From assembly GCA_042577985.1 (NCBI GenBank), contig JBHPDI010000001.1, positions 2,334-66,333 of the forward strand: 64,000 bases of DNA, written 5' to 3'. The translations under genes and the position numbers were made by a program. The stretch is from Halobacteriota archaeon (GTDB lineage Archaea > Halobacteriota > UBA148). The notes under the pieces are model-generated. The model searched no databases, was not told the DNA's origin, and saw only the letters and a list, made by a program, of their open reading frames with translations. Shown piece by piece: positions 1 to 11,458 of this stretch (position 1 is its first letter; every line of letters starts with the position of its first letter).

Positions 1-1605
<1,605 letters not shown>

Positions 1606-1720
1606 CTTAGCTGAATTCAGGCGATATTTGGGTCGCAAATTTATATGTGGTCATTATATACGTGATGGTAATGGTCCTATCCTATGCAGGGGAGATATCA
1701 CAGGTATAATATCCTTTGAT

Positions 1721-1842
1721 GCCAAGGTGGCGGAATGGCTAACGCAGCCGCCTGCAGATAAAAAAGAGGATTATCGAGGAAGCAGCGTAGTTTCTTCTAG
1801 GTAGAGAGCGGCTTTTTGCCGGTTCAATTCCGGTCCTTGGCT
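1721..1842 (+). tRNA. tRNA-Cys(GCA) with a 49-nt intron at canonical position 37/38 (1758-1806)
   Basis: Acceptor stem GCCAAGG/CCTTGGC, discriminator T, anticodon stem GCCGC/GCGGC, anticodon GCA at 1754-1756, T arm GCCGG-TTCAATT-CCGGT; CTGC (32-35) pairs with intron GTAG (1801-1804) as the central helix of a BHB-type motif. Confidence 0.95.
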
Positions 1843-1889
1843 TCTGAAATTCTTGAAAATAAGTGGATAGGATTGAAGCATTTATAGAT

Positions 1890-2018
1890 TGGGCATAGCG
1901 GTCATGGTGGCGGGGAAACTCCTGGTTCCATCTCGAACCCAGAAGATAAGACTGTCTACGTTCTATGCTGTACTGCGGTGCGCGAGCCCGTGGGAACCAT
2001 AGATCGCTGCTATGCCCA
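1890..2018 (+). rRNA. rrf: 5S rRNA
   Basis: Terminal helix TGGGCATAGC/GCTATGCCCA; internal CCATCTCGAACCCAGAAGATAAG and GCGAGCCCGTGGGAA motifs; ~125 nt. Confidence 0.95.
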
Positions 2019-2173
2019 CTTATGTTTTTTCGTTTTATTATAGCATCATGCAAATCGTTTATAATATACAATATTGATCAAATCTTGGGCTTTGTTAGGG
2101 AAGATAATTCGATAAATATTCTCAAAATTTTTAATATTTATTCTAAAATACTTATTTTCTTATTTTTTTTAAA

Positions 2174-2470
2174 GTGAGTGAGGATGGTAAGCCTCCTTTT
2201 GTTTCAGCGGCATTCGTCTGAGCGCCATATTTGGGCATCGGCTGGACTCTTTATTTGCCCATCTTTGACTTGCACCTACGAGGTTTCGTCGTTCCACCCA
2301 CAACATACACGGCCTCTTTCTTTCGAAGTCATAGCATTAGTGTAGTGTGGTATCGTTTCTGTGCCAGAGCCAAGACTCTCGCCTTGTGCGCTTACACGCA
2401 CTCGTATGTCCAGATGGTGGGAGGACTTTCCTCACAACCTTAGGTTGCGGCGACCGCCCCTCCTCTCTCA
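2174..2470 (-). ncRNA. rnpB: RNase P RNA (archaeal type A)
   Basis: Minus strand has GAGGAAAGTCCTCC (P4 5'), ACAGAAAC (J11/12) and AACAAAAGGAGGCTTA (P4 3'); P8 TGCG/CGCA, P9 CAAGGC-GAGA-GTCTTG and P6 CTGGAC/GTCCAG are present. Confidence 0.95.
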
Positions 2471-2522
2471 ATCACATATCTACACAAAAAAACATATATC
2501 TTTTGGTCCCAAATAAACAAAT

Positions 2523-3113
2523 GTGTTAACTTTAGAAGAAGGCGTAATGGCAGTAAAGCTTGCTAGGAGTGCTATCGAGAAATATATTAGAGAGGGCGAT
2601 ATAATCTCTCCAAAGAAATTGCCGAAAAAATTTGATGAGAAGAGGGGGGTTTTCGTTACCTTAAAGCAGAATGGCCTAAAGGGGTGTATAGGGCATCCAC
2701 ATCCCACTATGCTATTAGGTGAAGCCATAGTTAATTCTGCGTTAAGTTCTGCTACGAAAGATCCAAGATTTATGCCTCTTGGGGCAGAGGATCTGGAAAA
2801 AATAACAATTGAAGTTACTGTGCTAACTCCCCCGAGACATATCCATGCTAAGCCAAAGATGTTACCAAAAAAAATAGAGATTGGAAAACATGGATTGATT
2901 ATAGCTAGGGGGCAAAATCAAGGGCTTCTGTTACCACAGGTTGCCGTTGAGCACCAATTTGACGAGGAAGAATTCCTCTCTCAGACATGTATAAAAGCAG
3001 GATTGCATCCAGACTCATGGTTGGAAGAGGATACGCAAATACATATTTTCGAGGGGCAAATATTCGTGGAGACCTCTCCAGCGGGAGACGTAGAGGAGAG
3101 GAAAATTATCTAG
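2523..3113 (+). CDS. AMMECR1-domain protein (TIGR00296 family)
   Basis: GVFVTL...LKGCIG, DPRF, GKHGL, GLLLPQVA and CIKAGL motifs. Confidence 0.93.
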   Translation: MLTLEEGVMAVKLARSAIEKYIREGDIISPKKLPKKFDEKRGVFVTLKQNGLKGCIGHPHPTMLLGEAIVNSALSSATKDPRFMPLGAEDLEKITIEVTVLTPPRHIHAKPKMLPKKIEIGKHGLIIARGQNQGLLLPQVAVEHQFDEEEFLSQTCIKAGLHPDSWLEEDTQIHIFEGQIFVETSPAGDVEERKII

Positions 3114-3786
3114 ATATCATCGTTCTAAGACGATCGACTGCCCTAGCGGCACTGTTTGATACGCCTCCAAGTACATCCGAGATTTTGGCCAGATGGAAAA
3201 CACCCACAGCTCCTATTTCATCCTCGGCGAGAAAGATTTTTTTGGTTAACAAGATCTCGATTTTGTCAATTTCGTGCTCCAATTCCTCCACCAGTGGTAT
3301 CAATTCTAGCGCCCCTAAGATCTCATTTTTTCTAAAATATGTTGTCCCTAATCTCTCAATTCTCTCAACTGCTTTTAGATATGCATCAATCGTCTTCGTC
3401 GTCATCTTTGCCATTTCCAGTAGTCCGCTCTTGATTTCCTTTGTTAGAACGTATGATCTAAGTGTCATCAGCTTGGCTACGTCCTCAGCAAAGTCTGATA
3501 TTCCATCCTGTGTTTTTAAGAATTCCAGCAAATCTTGTCGATTAACCGGCAAAAGTATAGAATATGGTAATCTTTTTCTAGTTGTCTGTTTGATCTTGTC
3601 GGCTTCATGCTCTAGGGCAGAGATTTCCTCACTGAGTTTCTGCACCCTTGCTACATCACCATCGCAATATGCTTGAACGATCTCCTCTAGTTTGTATGCT
3701 GCTTCGCATGACTTCTCCGCATGAGAGTACAACGGCTTGAAGGGCGATTTTGCAAAAATGCCTGCAATCGAACGAATATATCTCAT
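3106..3786 (-). CDS. DUF47/TIGR00153 phosphate transport regulator (PhoU-like)
   Basis: FAKSPF, two LEHEAD/LEHEID repeats; adjacent to PiT; start moved to the ATG after the GGAGTGG SD. Confidence 0.9.
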   Translation of the reverse strand: MRYIRSIAGIFAKSPFKPLYSHAEKSCEAAYKLEEIVQAYCDGDVARVQKLSEEISALEHEADKIKQTTRKRLPYSILLPVNRQDLLEFLKTQDGISDFAEDVAKLMTLRSYVLTKEIKSGLLEMAKMTTKTIDAYLKAVERIERLGTTYFRKNEILGALELIPLVEELEHEIDKIEILLTKKIFLAEDEIGAVGVFHLAKISDVLGGVSNSAARAVDRLRTMISR

Positions 3787-3868
3787 ATTTATTTCCACTC
3801 CCCTATGCAACTATAATCCAAACGATTAATCATTAACATCTTTCTGATATTTAAACCAACTGCACATC

Positions 3869-4876
3869 TCATATCATCATCAACCCCCAATAGGTCGTAG
3901 CTGCAACGACCATTACAATTGGAACGGTTAAAATCCAAGAGAAAATTATTTTTCTTATAATACTTAGGTCCACCGCCTCTAACCCGCCAGCGAGTCCGAC
4001 ACCCACTACGCTTCCAACCAGGGTGTGTGTGGTTGATACGGGCATTCCAAATGAGGAGCAGACCAATACGGTGGCAGCCGCTCCAAATTGCGCTGCAAAG
4101 GCACTGGCAGGAGTTAAATCTGTGATTTTTTTGCCTATGGTCTCGATTATTCTGTACCCCCAAGTAATCATGCCCAATATTATACCAAAACCTCCAAAAA
4201 CTAAGACCCAAAGGGGTAGCTCCACTCCCACTGTACCTAAGGCTGCAGATAATGGACCTATTGCATTGGCTACATCATTGGAGCCGAGTGCAAATATCAC
4301 CCAACATGAGGCAACAACCACAAGGAATCTAAGGGGTCTATCGGCCCGAAGTGGTTCATCCATCCGTTCAAGTAAACGCCGAATCATCATGAATAACAGA
4401 AATGCTACCGTTCCACCTGCAACGGGAGAAATGATCCAACTAGCCACAATTTTGAGTAGAACGACCCAAGCGATATCAACCATTTCAATTGTGCCTTGAC
4501 CGACTGCAACAAGTCCGAAGCCTAGCATTGAGCCGACTATGGAATGAGATGTGGACACCGGAAGATGAAGATATGTGGCAAAGGTAATCCAAAACCCAGC
4601 CGCCAAAGTAGCAGCAAATGCCCCCAACATGACAGAATGCGCATCGATCAATGAGATCGGAACGATGCCCTTTGCCACCGTTTCCGTTACCCGAGACCCA
4701 AATAGCACAGCACCTGAAAAACACACCGCCCCACCAAGCACCATGGCTTGTTTGAGGCTTAATGTACCGATGCCAACCGTAGTTCCCATCGCATTTGCTA
4801 GATCGTTTGCCCCTATGTTCCATGCCATGTATAGTCCAGCGGCGAATATCGCGATGAGGAAAGGGTCGAATGACAT
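3869..4876 (-). CDS. pit: Inorganic phosphate transporter, PiT family
   Basis: GANDLANAMG and GSNDVANAIG signatures; PVSTSH/PVSTTH motifs; hydrophobic. Confidence 0.95.
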   Translation of the reverse strand: MSFDPFLIAIFAAGLYMAWNIGANDLANAMGTTVGIGTLSLKQAMVLGGAVCFSGAVLFGSRVTETVAKGIVPISLIDAHSVMLGAFAATLAAGFWITFATYLHLPVSTSHSIVGSMLGFGLVAVGQGTIEMVDIAWVVLLKIVASWIISPVAGGTVAFLLFMMIRRLLERMDEPLRADRPLRFLVVVASCWVIFALGSNDVANAIGPLSAALGTVGVELPLWVLVFGGFGIILGMITWGYRIIETIGKKITDLTPASAFAAQFGAAATVLVCSSFGMPVSTTHTLVGSVVGVGLAGGLEAVDLSIIRKIIFSWILTVPIVMVVAATTYWGLMMI

Positions 4877-5064
4877 TAGTTCACCTATCTAATAATGGGA
4901 AGATATTTAATATGCATGATGTTGGTGTTATTTTAGGTCTGGAAAAAATTGAGTTTAATTTCATTTTCTATGCAACTTTTCTAAAAATATACTCGAGACA
5001 CTTATATATAATTTATCCCAATAGCTATATATTCATTCAATAATCTATATATGGGACGAGTAAA

Positions 5065-6084
5065 ATGAAAGAGGAGAAACGAAAGGTCCAGATGACTGGG
5101 GGATCAACGTTAATAATATCTTTACCCATCAGTTGGACAAGAGAGGCAGGCATAAACCAGGGAGATGAAGTGACGCTACGTTTGCAAGAGGATAAATCAA
5201 TCCTACTCACAGCAAAGCCAAAGAAGAAGCTAGGAATATCCAGAGCAATTATAAAACTATTTCCAGACGAAAAGCCAGAAGACATCCTCAGATTATTAAT
5301 AGCACACTATCTAGTCGGCTATGACATAATCAAACTAGTCTCCCAAGAGGGTTTCAATACAAAGGATAGGAAATGGATTAAGGATACAGTTAGGCAAATG
5401 CTAATAGGACTTGAAGTGGTCGAGGAGTCTGGTGAAGAATTGACTCTTCAGAGCCTTCTAAACTACGAAGAGTTACCTCTCGAAAAAGCAATTCAGAGAA
5501 TGTCCAGGATCATCAAATCTATTCAAAAGGATTCTATCAAGGCTTTGCAAGGGGACATAGCGCTTGCCAGAGATGTCATCCAGCGAGATAGTGAGGTGGA
5601 TAGATTCTATTTATTGATTGTGAGACAGCTCAAAGCGGCGCTCAGAGATCCAGAGCTAGCCAATAAAATAGGCATTAAGCGTCAAAGAGATTGCATGGGA
5701 TACAGACTCATTATAAAAAGTATGGAAAGGATAGCAGATCATGCCGAAAAAATTGCAAGGGATACGATACAAATAGAAAGTCTTAATTCGAAGTTATATG
5801 GAGAAATATGTGAGGTAAGTGAACTTTCCCAGAAGGTCTTTGATCTTTCTTTGGAAAGTCTCTCAAATAGGGATATAAAAGCCGCGAACAGAGCAATAGC
5901 CGAAGCCCAAGAATCCTCGAATCTAGCGACTATAATAAGTAATAGGATTTTTAAAACTTCACTCAGTACGAAAGAGCAAACATACCTGCGATCTATTCTA
6001 GAAAGCCTAAGAAGAATAGCAGAGTATGGGGCAGACATAGCAGAGGTAGTGATTAATATGGGCGTCAAAGAACCAGAGGTTTGA
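5065..6084 (+). CDS. phoU: Phosphate uptake regulator: AbrB-type DNA-binding domain plus two PhoU domains
   Basis: RKVQMTGGSTLIISLP N-terminus; DSEVDRFY, ERIADHA and RRIAEYGADIAE PhoU motifs. Confidence 0.92.
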   Translation: MKEEKRKVQMTGGSTLIISLPISWTREAGINQGDEVTLRLQEDKSILLTAKPKKKLGISRAIIKLFPDEKPEDILRLLIAHYLVGYDIIKLVSQEGFNTKDRKWIKDTVRQMLIGLEVVEESGEELTLQSLLNYEELPLEKAIQRMSRIIKSIQKDSIKALQGDIALARDVIQRDSEVDRFYLLIVRQLKAALRDPELANKIGIKRQRDCMGYRLIIKSMERIADHAEKIARDTIQIESLNSKLYGEICEVSELSQKVFDLSLESLSNRDIKAANRAIAEAQESSNLATIISNRIFKTSLSTKEQTYLRSILESLRRIAEYGADIAEVVINMGVKEPEV

Positions 6085-6103
6085 AATAACACCAAAGGCG
6101 AAT

Positions 6104-7417
6104 ATGATGTTCGATTTAGTTATCAAAAATGCCAGATTGGCGTTAGCGAGGGATATCATAGAGGCAGATATAGCAATAGGGAACGGAAAGATCCTAAGAA
6201 TTGCGAAAGATATCATGGCGGAGCGAGTTATCGACGCTCATGGCTTACTTGTGCTTCCAGGCATGGTGGATGTTCATGTACATTTTCGAGATCCTGGATT
6301 GACGCATAAAGAGGATTGGTATAGTGGCTCATCTGCAGCAGTAGCAGGTGGAGTGACCTGTGTAGTAGATCATCCGAACACTATCCCACCCACTACTTCT
6401 GTAGAATCATTCAAAGTCAAACTGAGGGAGGCAGAGAAGAAATCAATAGTCGATTTTGGTATCAATGCGGGCGTCGTTCGAGCAGCAGAATTGAAGGGAT
6501 TATGGGAGTCTGGTGTAACTGCATTCGGTGAGATATTCCTGGCAGAGTATATGGGCATGCTGAGCGTTGATGATGATATCCTATTGAAATCCCTTCATGT
6601 TATCGCTGACCTGGGGGGTATTGCATGCATTCACGCAGAAGACGAGCAAATCATAAGGGAAAGCATCGAGAAGTTGGAGAATAAGACTAATCCTAGTGCT
6701 CATTCATTATCCAGACCAAATTTTTCCGAAGTCGCTGCTATGGCAAAAGCGATAGGATTGGCGCAAGATACCTGTGCAAATCTTCACATATGTCATCTTA
6801 GCACAAAAGAGGGCTTGGGCTTAATTGGGGCAGGGGTCACATCTGAGGTCACGCCCCACCACCTATTCCTATCGCAAAATGACTGGGATCGACTTGGCAC
6901 CTTTGGCAAGACGAACCCTCCGCTGAGAAGTGAATTAGATCGTGATAATCTTTGGGCAGGTTTATATAGAATCGACATTATCGCCTCTGATCACGCTCCC
7001 CATACCATAGAAGAAAAAAAGCAAGATATTTGGAGCGCCCCTGCGGGTGTGCCAGGCGTCGAGACTTCATTACCTTTGATGTTATCTGCTGTGAAGAAGG
7101 GCATCATATCGCTTCAACGTGTAGTAGAGCTCATGTCTACCAATCCAGCTAGAATATTCTGCTTAAGGGAAAAAGGCGAGATCGCTGTCGGAAAAGACGC
7201 CGATCTCGTTTTTGTCGATCTAAATGACGTTAAGCCTATAAGGGACAGGAACCTGCACAGCAAGGCTGGTTGGACTCCTTTTGAGGGAATGGATGCAGTA
7301 TTTCCTAAAATGACATTTGTGCGTGGAGAGATAATGTACGATGGTGAAATAGTTGGCGAGAAGGGTCATGGACATTTCGTTCCGGGCAGAGGTGCCGACA
7401 AAACTATATATGTATGA
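6104..7417 (+). CDS. pyrC: Dihydroorotase (type I)
   Basis: PGMVDVHVHFRDPG, HAED, EVTPHHL, NPPLR, ASDHAPH. Confidence 0.92.
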   Translation: MMFDLVIKNARLALARDIIEADIAIGNGKILRIAKDIMAERVIDAHGLLVLPGMVDVHVHFRDPGLTHKEDWYSGSSAAVAGGVTCVVDHPNTIPPTTSVESFKVKLREAEKKSIVDFGINAGVVRAAELKGLWESGVTAFGEIFLAEYMGMLSVDDDILLKSLHVIADLGGIACIHAEDEQIIRESIEKLENKTNPSAHSLSRPNFSEVAAMAKAIGLAQDTCANLHICHLSTKEGLGLIGAGVTSEVTPHHLFLSQNDWDRLGTFGKTNPPLRSELDRDNLWAGLYRIDIIASDHAPHTIEEKKQDIWSAPAGVPGVETSLPLMLSAVKKGIISLQRVVELMSTNPARIFCLREKGEIAVGKDADLVFVDLNDVKPIRDRNLHSKAGWTPFEGMDAVFPKMTFVRGEIMYDGEIVGEKGHGHFVPGRGADKTIYV

Positions 7418-7431
7418 TTGCAAATGTTTTA

Positions 7432-7660
7432 TTGCCCTTTGATGGATCAGTGTTAGGGTTCTTTTGGAACCGTGATCGCTGGTAAAGATGGGGGCAACAT
7501 CCGCGTTGTATAGGTCCTTGCGGGAGTTATTGCTTCGTGCTATCTATGACCGTAAGACAACCCCAATGCGGTACAGCTCCCCTGGCACGAGGGTAACTGA
7601 GAGTGACTGCGGAATCTTCCAGAGGATGATCTCTCGGAGTTAGTGCGTCAGGGGACATCC
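7432..7660 (+). ncRNA. Three-hairpin box H/ACA pseudouridylation guide RNA
   Basis: Three consecutive hairpins, each followed by ACA (7497-7499, 7573-7575, 7655-7657), each with an internal pocket and a K-turn-like GA/UGA element; two pockets are complementary to 23S sequence in this window; TATA-like TATATA at ~7405. Confidence 0.82.
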
Positions 7661-7695
7661 TTTTAAGCGTTAACTTTTATTTTTGCTCTTATCTG

Positions 7696-8115
7696 GTGTT
7701 TAATATGGAAGACATTGATAGACTGCGAAAAATCGAGCAGATAATCTGTGAGATCAAGGATTTATCTAGGGCTGGGGCGGTCATCATTGTTGAAGGGAAA
7801 AAGGATCGAGATGCCTTGAACGAACTGGGCATTTCAGATCAAATTTTGCTTGCTTCTTCTCCACCATTGTTGAATTTTGCTGAGGACATCTCACGAAAAA
7901 CAAATCAGGTGATCATCCTAACTGATTGGGACTCACAGGGGGAAAAAATGGCAAAAAAGATCTCAGCATATCTACAAGCATCTGGCTCGAAGCCCAACAA
8001 TTTGATAAGAAAAAAAATCAAAAAACTTGTACGAAAGGAGAGCAAGGACGTAGAAGGTCTGAGTGGTTATGTTAATAACCTCAGAAGAGAAGTGTATACT
8101 CGACATTACCCATAA
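7696..8115 (+). CDS. Small Toprim-domain protein (UPF0292-like)
   Basis: IIVEGKKD and ILTDWDSQGE Toprim motifs; upstream of dnaG. Confidence 0.85.
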   Translation: MFNMEDIDRLRKIEQIICEIKDLSRAGAVIIVEGKKDRDALNELGISDQILLASSPPLLNFAEDISRKTNQVIILTDWDSQGEKMAKKISAYLQASGSKPNNLIRKKIKKLVRKESKDVEGLSGYVNNLRREVYTRHYP

Positions 8116-8323
8116 CTTTATTAAACCCTAAAATATAACTGATATTGTGATCTGAAGAGATCATCAATCTCATAGATAAAATAGCTAAACAGGTAATCTT
8201 AACTTCATTCATGATTAATTCATTAGTAATCTGAAGAGTTGTAGGGCACAAAGGGTCAAGTAACGTAGTGGTTAAAATTCCCCTTGATTACAATAGCTAT
8301 TTTTTTCTTTAGGGGGGTTTTAA

Positions 8324-9586
8324 ATGCAAAATTCTGATACAACAAAATATATAATCCGTGTTCGTATAAACGCCGAAGGCGTTGTAGAGAAACCAGACGT
8401 AGTGGGAGCCGTATTTGGGCAAACAGAAGGATTGCTCGGCGAGGACCTGGATCTAAGGAATCTTCAGAAGACGGGAAGGATAGGTAGAATAGAGGTCAAC
8501 ATAGATTCTAAGGCAGGTAAATCAAGTGGAAACATTTTGATTCCGTCCTCCCTAGATAAAGTTGAAACAGCGATATTGGCGGCTGCCATAGAAACTATAG
8601 ATAGGGTGGGACCTTGCATTGCTGAGATTAGTGTAGAAAAAATTGAAGATATCAGGGCAACGAAAAGAAAACAGATCATAAATAGGGCAAAACACGTTCT
8701 TTCTGAAAAATTCGATCTTGGTATCCCCGGAGGTCAAGAGATAACAGAATCTGTGAGGCAGGCGGTGCGCGTAGAAAAGATCACATCCTATGGTGAAGAG
8801 GGCTTGCCAGCAGGTCCAAACATACTTGATTCAGATGCAATACTCATCGTAGAAGGAAGAGCAGACGTCATGAATTTGCTTCGATTCGGGATCAAAAATG
8901 CGGTTGCTGTAGAAGGAACCAATGTTCCTTTGACAGTAGGGGAGCTGAGCAAAAAGAAAACCGTCACAGTCTTCTTGGATGGTGATAGGGGCGGAGATCT
9001 CATATTGAAGGAACTGCTTCAGATGGCAGACATCGATTATGTTGCAAGGGCTCCAGATGGTAAAGGCGTAGAGGAGTTAACTCAAAAGGAGATTGTCAAA
9101 GCATTAAGAAACAAGGTGCCGGTAGAACAGGCTGTAGAGGGTGGAGCTGATCGGAGAAAAAAGGTTGTAGAGGGTGGAGCTGATCGGAGAAAAAAGGTTG
9201 TAGAGGGTGGAGCTGATCGGAGAACGAAGGTTGTAGAGGGTGGAGCTGATCGGAGAACGAAGAGTGTTAAAAGGAATATCTTGAGATGGAAACCTACTAA
9301 AAAAGAAAACGAACTCAAGGCATATGCTGAGGAACTCAATGGCACTTTGAGTGCGAAATTGCTCAACTCTGGTAAAAAAGTCATAAAAGAAGTTGCTGTC
9401 AGAGATCTTGCAAATGTACTTAAAGAGAGCGCCAACGTTAAAGGTGTGGTATTTGACGGAGTTATTACACAAAGAATACTCGACATAGCTGCAGAAAAGG
9501 AGCTTGACTATTTAGTCGGTGTCAAGCTAGGTAATATTGTTAAGAGACCTATATCTGTGAAAGTTTTGACAACTAGCGATCTATGA
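8324..9586 (+). CDS. dnaG: Archaeal DnaG (bacterial-type primase family, exosome-associated)
   Basis: [44 protein letters not shown]. Confidence 0.96.
   Translation: MQNSDTTKYIIRVRINAEGVVEKPDVVGAVFGQTEGLLGEDLDLRNLQKTGRIGRIEVNIDSKAGKSSGNILIPSSLDKVETAILAAAIETIDRVGPCIAEISVEKIEDIRATKRKQIINRAKHVLSEKFDLGIPGGQEITESVRQAVRVEKITSYGEEGLPAGPNILDSDAILIVEGRADVMNLLRFGIKNAVAVEGTNVPLTVGELSKKKTVTVFLDGDRGGDLILKELLQMADIDYVARAPDGKGVEELTQKEIVKALRNKVPVEQAVEGGADRRKKVVEGGADRRKKVVEGGADRRTKVVEGGADRRTKSVKRNILRWKPTKKENELKAYAEELNGTLSAKLLNSGKKVIKEVAVRDLANVLKESANVKGVVFDGVITQRILDIAAEKELDYLVGVKLGNIVKRPISVKVLTTSDL
9134..9262 (+). repeat. 33-bp in-frame tandem repeat (~3.9 copies) encoding VEGGADRR(K/T)KV in the DnaG linker
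   Basis: Unit GTAGAGGGTGGAGCTGATCGGAGAA(AA/CG)AAGGTT starting at 9134, 9167, 9200 and 9233. Confidence 0.97.
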
Positions 9587-10019
9587 TCTTTCTCATTATG
9601 AGTGCACTCTCTCCGTCGTAATAGTACCCGTGGAAAATATCAATCGTATTGAAGCCTAGCTTTTGATACAATTCCTGTGCGATTAGGTTACTTTTTCTTA
9701 CCTCTAGTCTCACAATTATAACTCCGTTTTTTCTGAAATTATCCAAGAGTTCTTTTATCAATGATGTGGCAACTCCCCTCATCCTATTTTTTTTATCGAC
9801 CGCAATCGAAAATATCCTTCCTTCTCCATTGGATATTAGCATTCCGACCGCGAATCCTACAATAACACCATCCATTTCCGCAACTAAAAATCCATCTGAG
9901 ATCATCTCATACAACCTCATATACAAGAATTTATCATGGTCCCTAAACGCTTCTTCTTCTATGGCGATTACTTGCTCAAAGTCCCTTGGCATAAATTTTC
10001 TTATCAAAAACATTTTCAA
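9573..10019 (-). CDS. rimI: RimI/Ard1-type GNAT N-acetyltransferase
   Basis: [42 protein letters not shown]. Confidence 0.9.
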   Translation of the reverse strand: MKMFLIRKFMPRDFEQVIAIEEEAFRDHDKFLYMRLYEMISDGFLVAEMDGVIVGFAVGMLISNGEGRIFSIAVDKKNRMRGVATSLIKELLDNFRKNGVIIVRLEVRKSNLIAQELYQKLGFNTIDIFHGYYYDGESALIMRKIIDR

Positions 10020-10500
10020 TCACATTTTTTTTGCAGGTGCTCCTATCCTTTCCATCCACGTCAAATATGCTCAGTGAAAAAGATATAAATCAAATCTTTT
10101 TTTGGCAATGATTCAATCTAGGTATATTTCCAATTTCATACACAGATTCTTTTTTCACACACTCTAAAGGGCTATAAACACTAAGTTTATCAATTGAAAT
10201 CATATATCTTTTTCCTCTTAACCCCAAATATTAAAACAAGAAGTTAATCTTTTGTATGCACGTCTCTTCTTAACATCTATTTTTCTTGTCGAGCGCTCCT
10301 TTTGAGGTAATCGATATAAACTCGCTAACCATATATACTACTCTTTTTTCAACATATTTATGTGCTTGAATCTCTTATGGATATAAAATTTCAGCTGTGA
10401 CATTAAATTAAATATCTCTTCCTATGCATCACAAATTGTTTTAAGTAATTTTCCATCGATATTCTCTATAGGAATCAAGTCAACTAGCACGGTAGTAATT

Positions 10501-10905
10501 ATGTTTAGGGGTTACAAAGATTTAGCAGACTACATAACATCTTCCTATAAGGGAAAAATCATAGAGGTCGGTATAGGAAAACATCCAGAGGTGGCACTTT
10601 TGCTAAAGGATCACTTGGAGATAATTGTGACTGATACCTCTTATCTTTGTATTGAAGGCATCCGTTTCATAAGAGACGACATATTCGATCCAAAAATTCA
10701 CATATATAAAGGTGCGAGCTTGATTTACTCTATTCGACCACCGGTGGAAATTCAGCATGCTATCGCATCCGTCGCAAAGCAAGTAGGAGCAGATTTAATA
10801 ATCAGACCATTCGCATCTGAAAAGACGGATCTTAATAAATATTTTGATGAGTCAAAGTTGATAAACTACGGAAGTGCAGTTTTCTATTTGTATAAAAATA
10901 AATAG
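10501..10905 (+). CDS. UPF0146 family protein
   Basis: IEVGIG, DDIFDP, LIYSIRPP motifs. Confidence 0.85.
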   Translation: MFRGYKDLADYITSSYKGKIIEVGIGKHPEVALLLKDHLEIIVTDTSYLCIEGIRFIRDDIFDPKIHIYKGASLIYSIRPPVEIQHAIASVAKQVGADLIIRPFASEKTDLNKYFDESKLINYGSAVFYLYKNK

Positions 10906-11176
10906 CGATTAGTGATTCTTTCTTGTGGTTTTTCTTTCTATATTTTTATTAGATCAGAAATGTTGTATCTCTCGTTGACATCGCATTTTTTCATATGAGT
11001 ATGATATCAAAATTTTATAATACTTTTCTGTTATTCCTTCAAATCGAATTTCTGAGCTTTGCTTTAAATATCAAAATTCATCCTAATTAGTACTATCAAA
11101 CGAATATTATCTCGCTTAATAGTTGTTAAATACAATTTTATTTTTGCCCCTAGATTTTTAAAGCTTAATTATTCCC

Positions 11177-11458
11177 TCAAGAATTCATGAACATAAAAAA
11201 AGCAAGAACTGCTAATAACGTTAATGCTACAAGTATCCACATTATAACAACTCTGACCTTTGGATATTCTTGTAAATATTTTTGAGAACTAAAGCTAATT
11301 AATAACCAACCCATGAAAAATAAAACCAGCCTATACCAATAATCTCCTAAAGATTCCATAAAGATAGTCACAACAGCAACAATAATCATTGCTATTCCAA
11401 AAATTATGGAAATTATTCTTAATTCTCTAAATAATTCAGCATCTGTCCTTTTTTTCAT
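11177..11458 (-). CDS. Small hypothetical membrane protein (3 predicted TM segments)
   Basis: 93-aa ORF with hydrophobic helices; ATGA overlap with the upstream ORF and GGGAG SD; AT-rich. Confidence 0.7.
   Translation of the reverse strand: MKKRTDAELFRELRIISIIFGIAMIIVAVVTIFMESLGDYWYRLVLFFMGWLLISFSSQKYLQEYPKVRVVIMWILVALTLLAVLAFFMFMNS

Noticed and set aside
7510..7564. Hairpin 2 of the H/ACA RNA guiding U642 (E. coli U1911 equivalent)
   Set aside because: Requires a mismatch next to the target and a shorter ACA distance; the U1307 pairing fits better
9134..9262. 33-bp repeats as a CRISPR array
   Set aside because: No spacers, in frame within dnaG, no cas genes in the window
10080..10500. AT-rich spacer between rimI and UPF0146 as a possible pseudogene or replication origin
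   Set aside because: No recognisable translated motif, no ORB boxes and no cdc6 nearby
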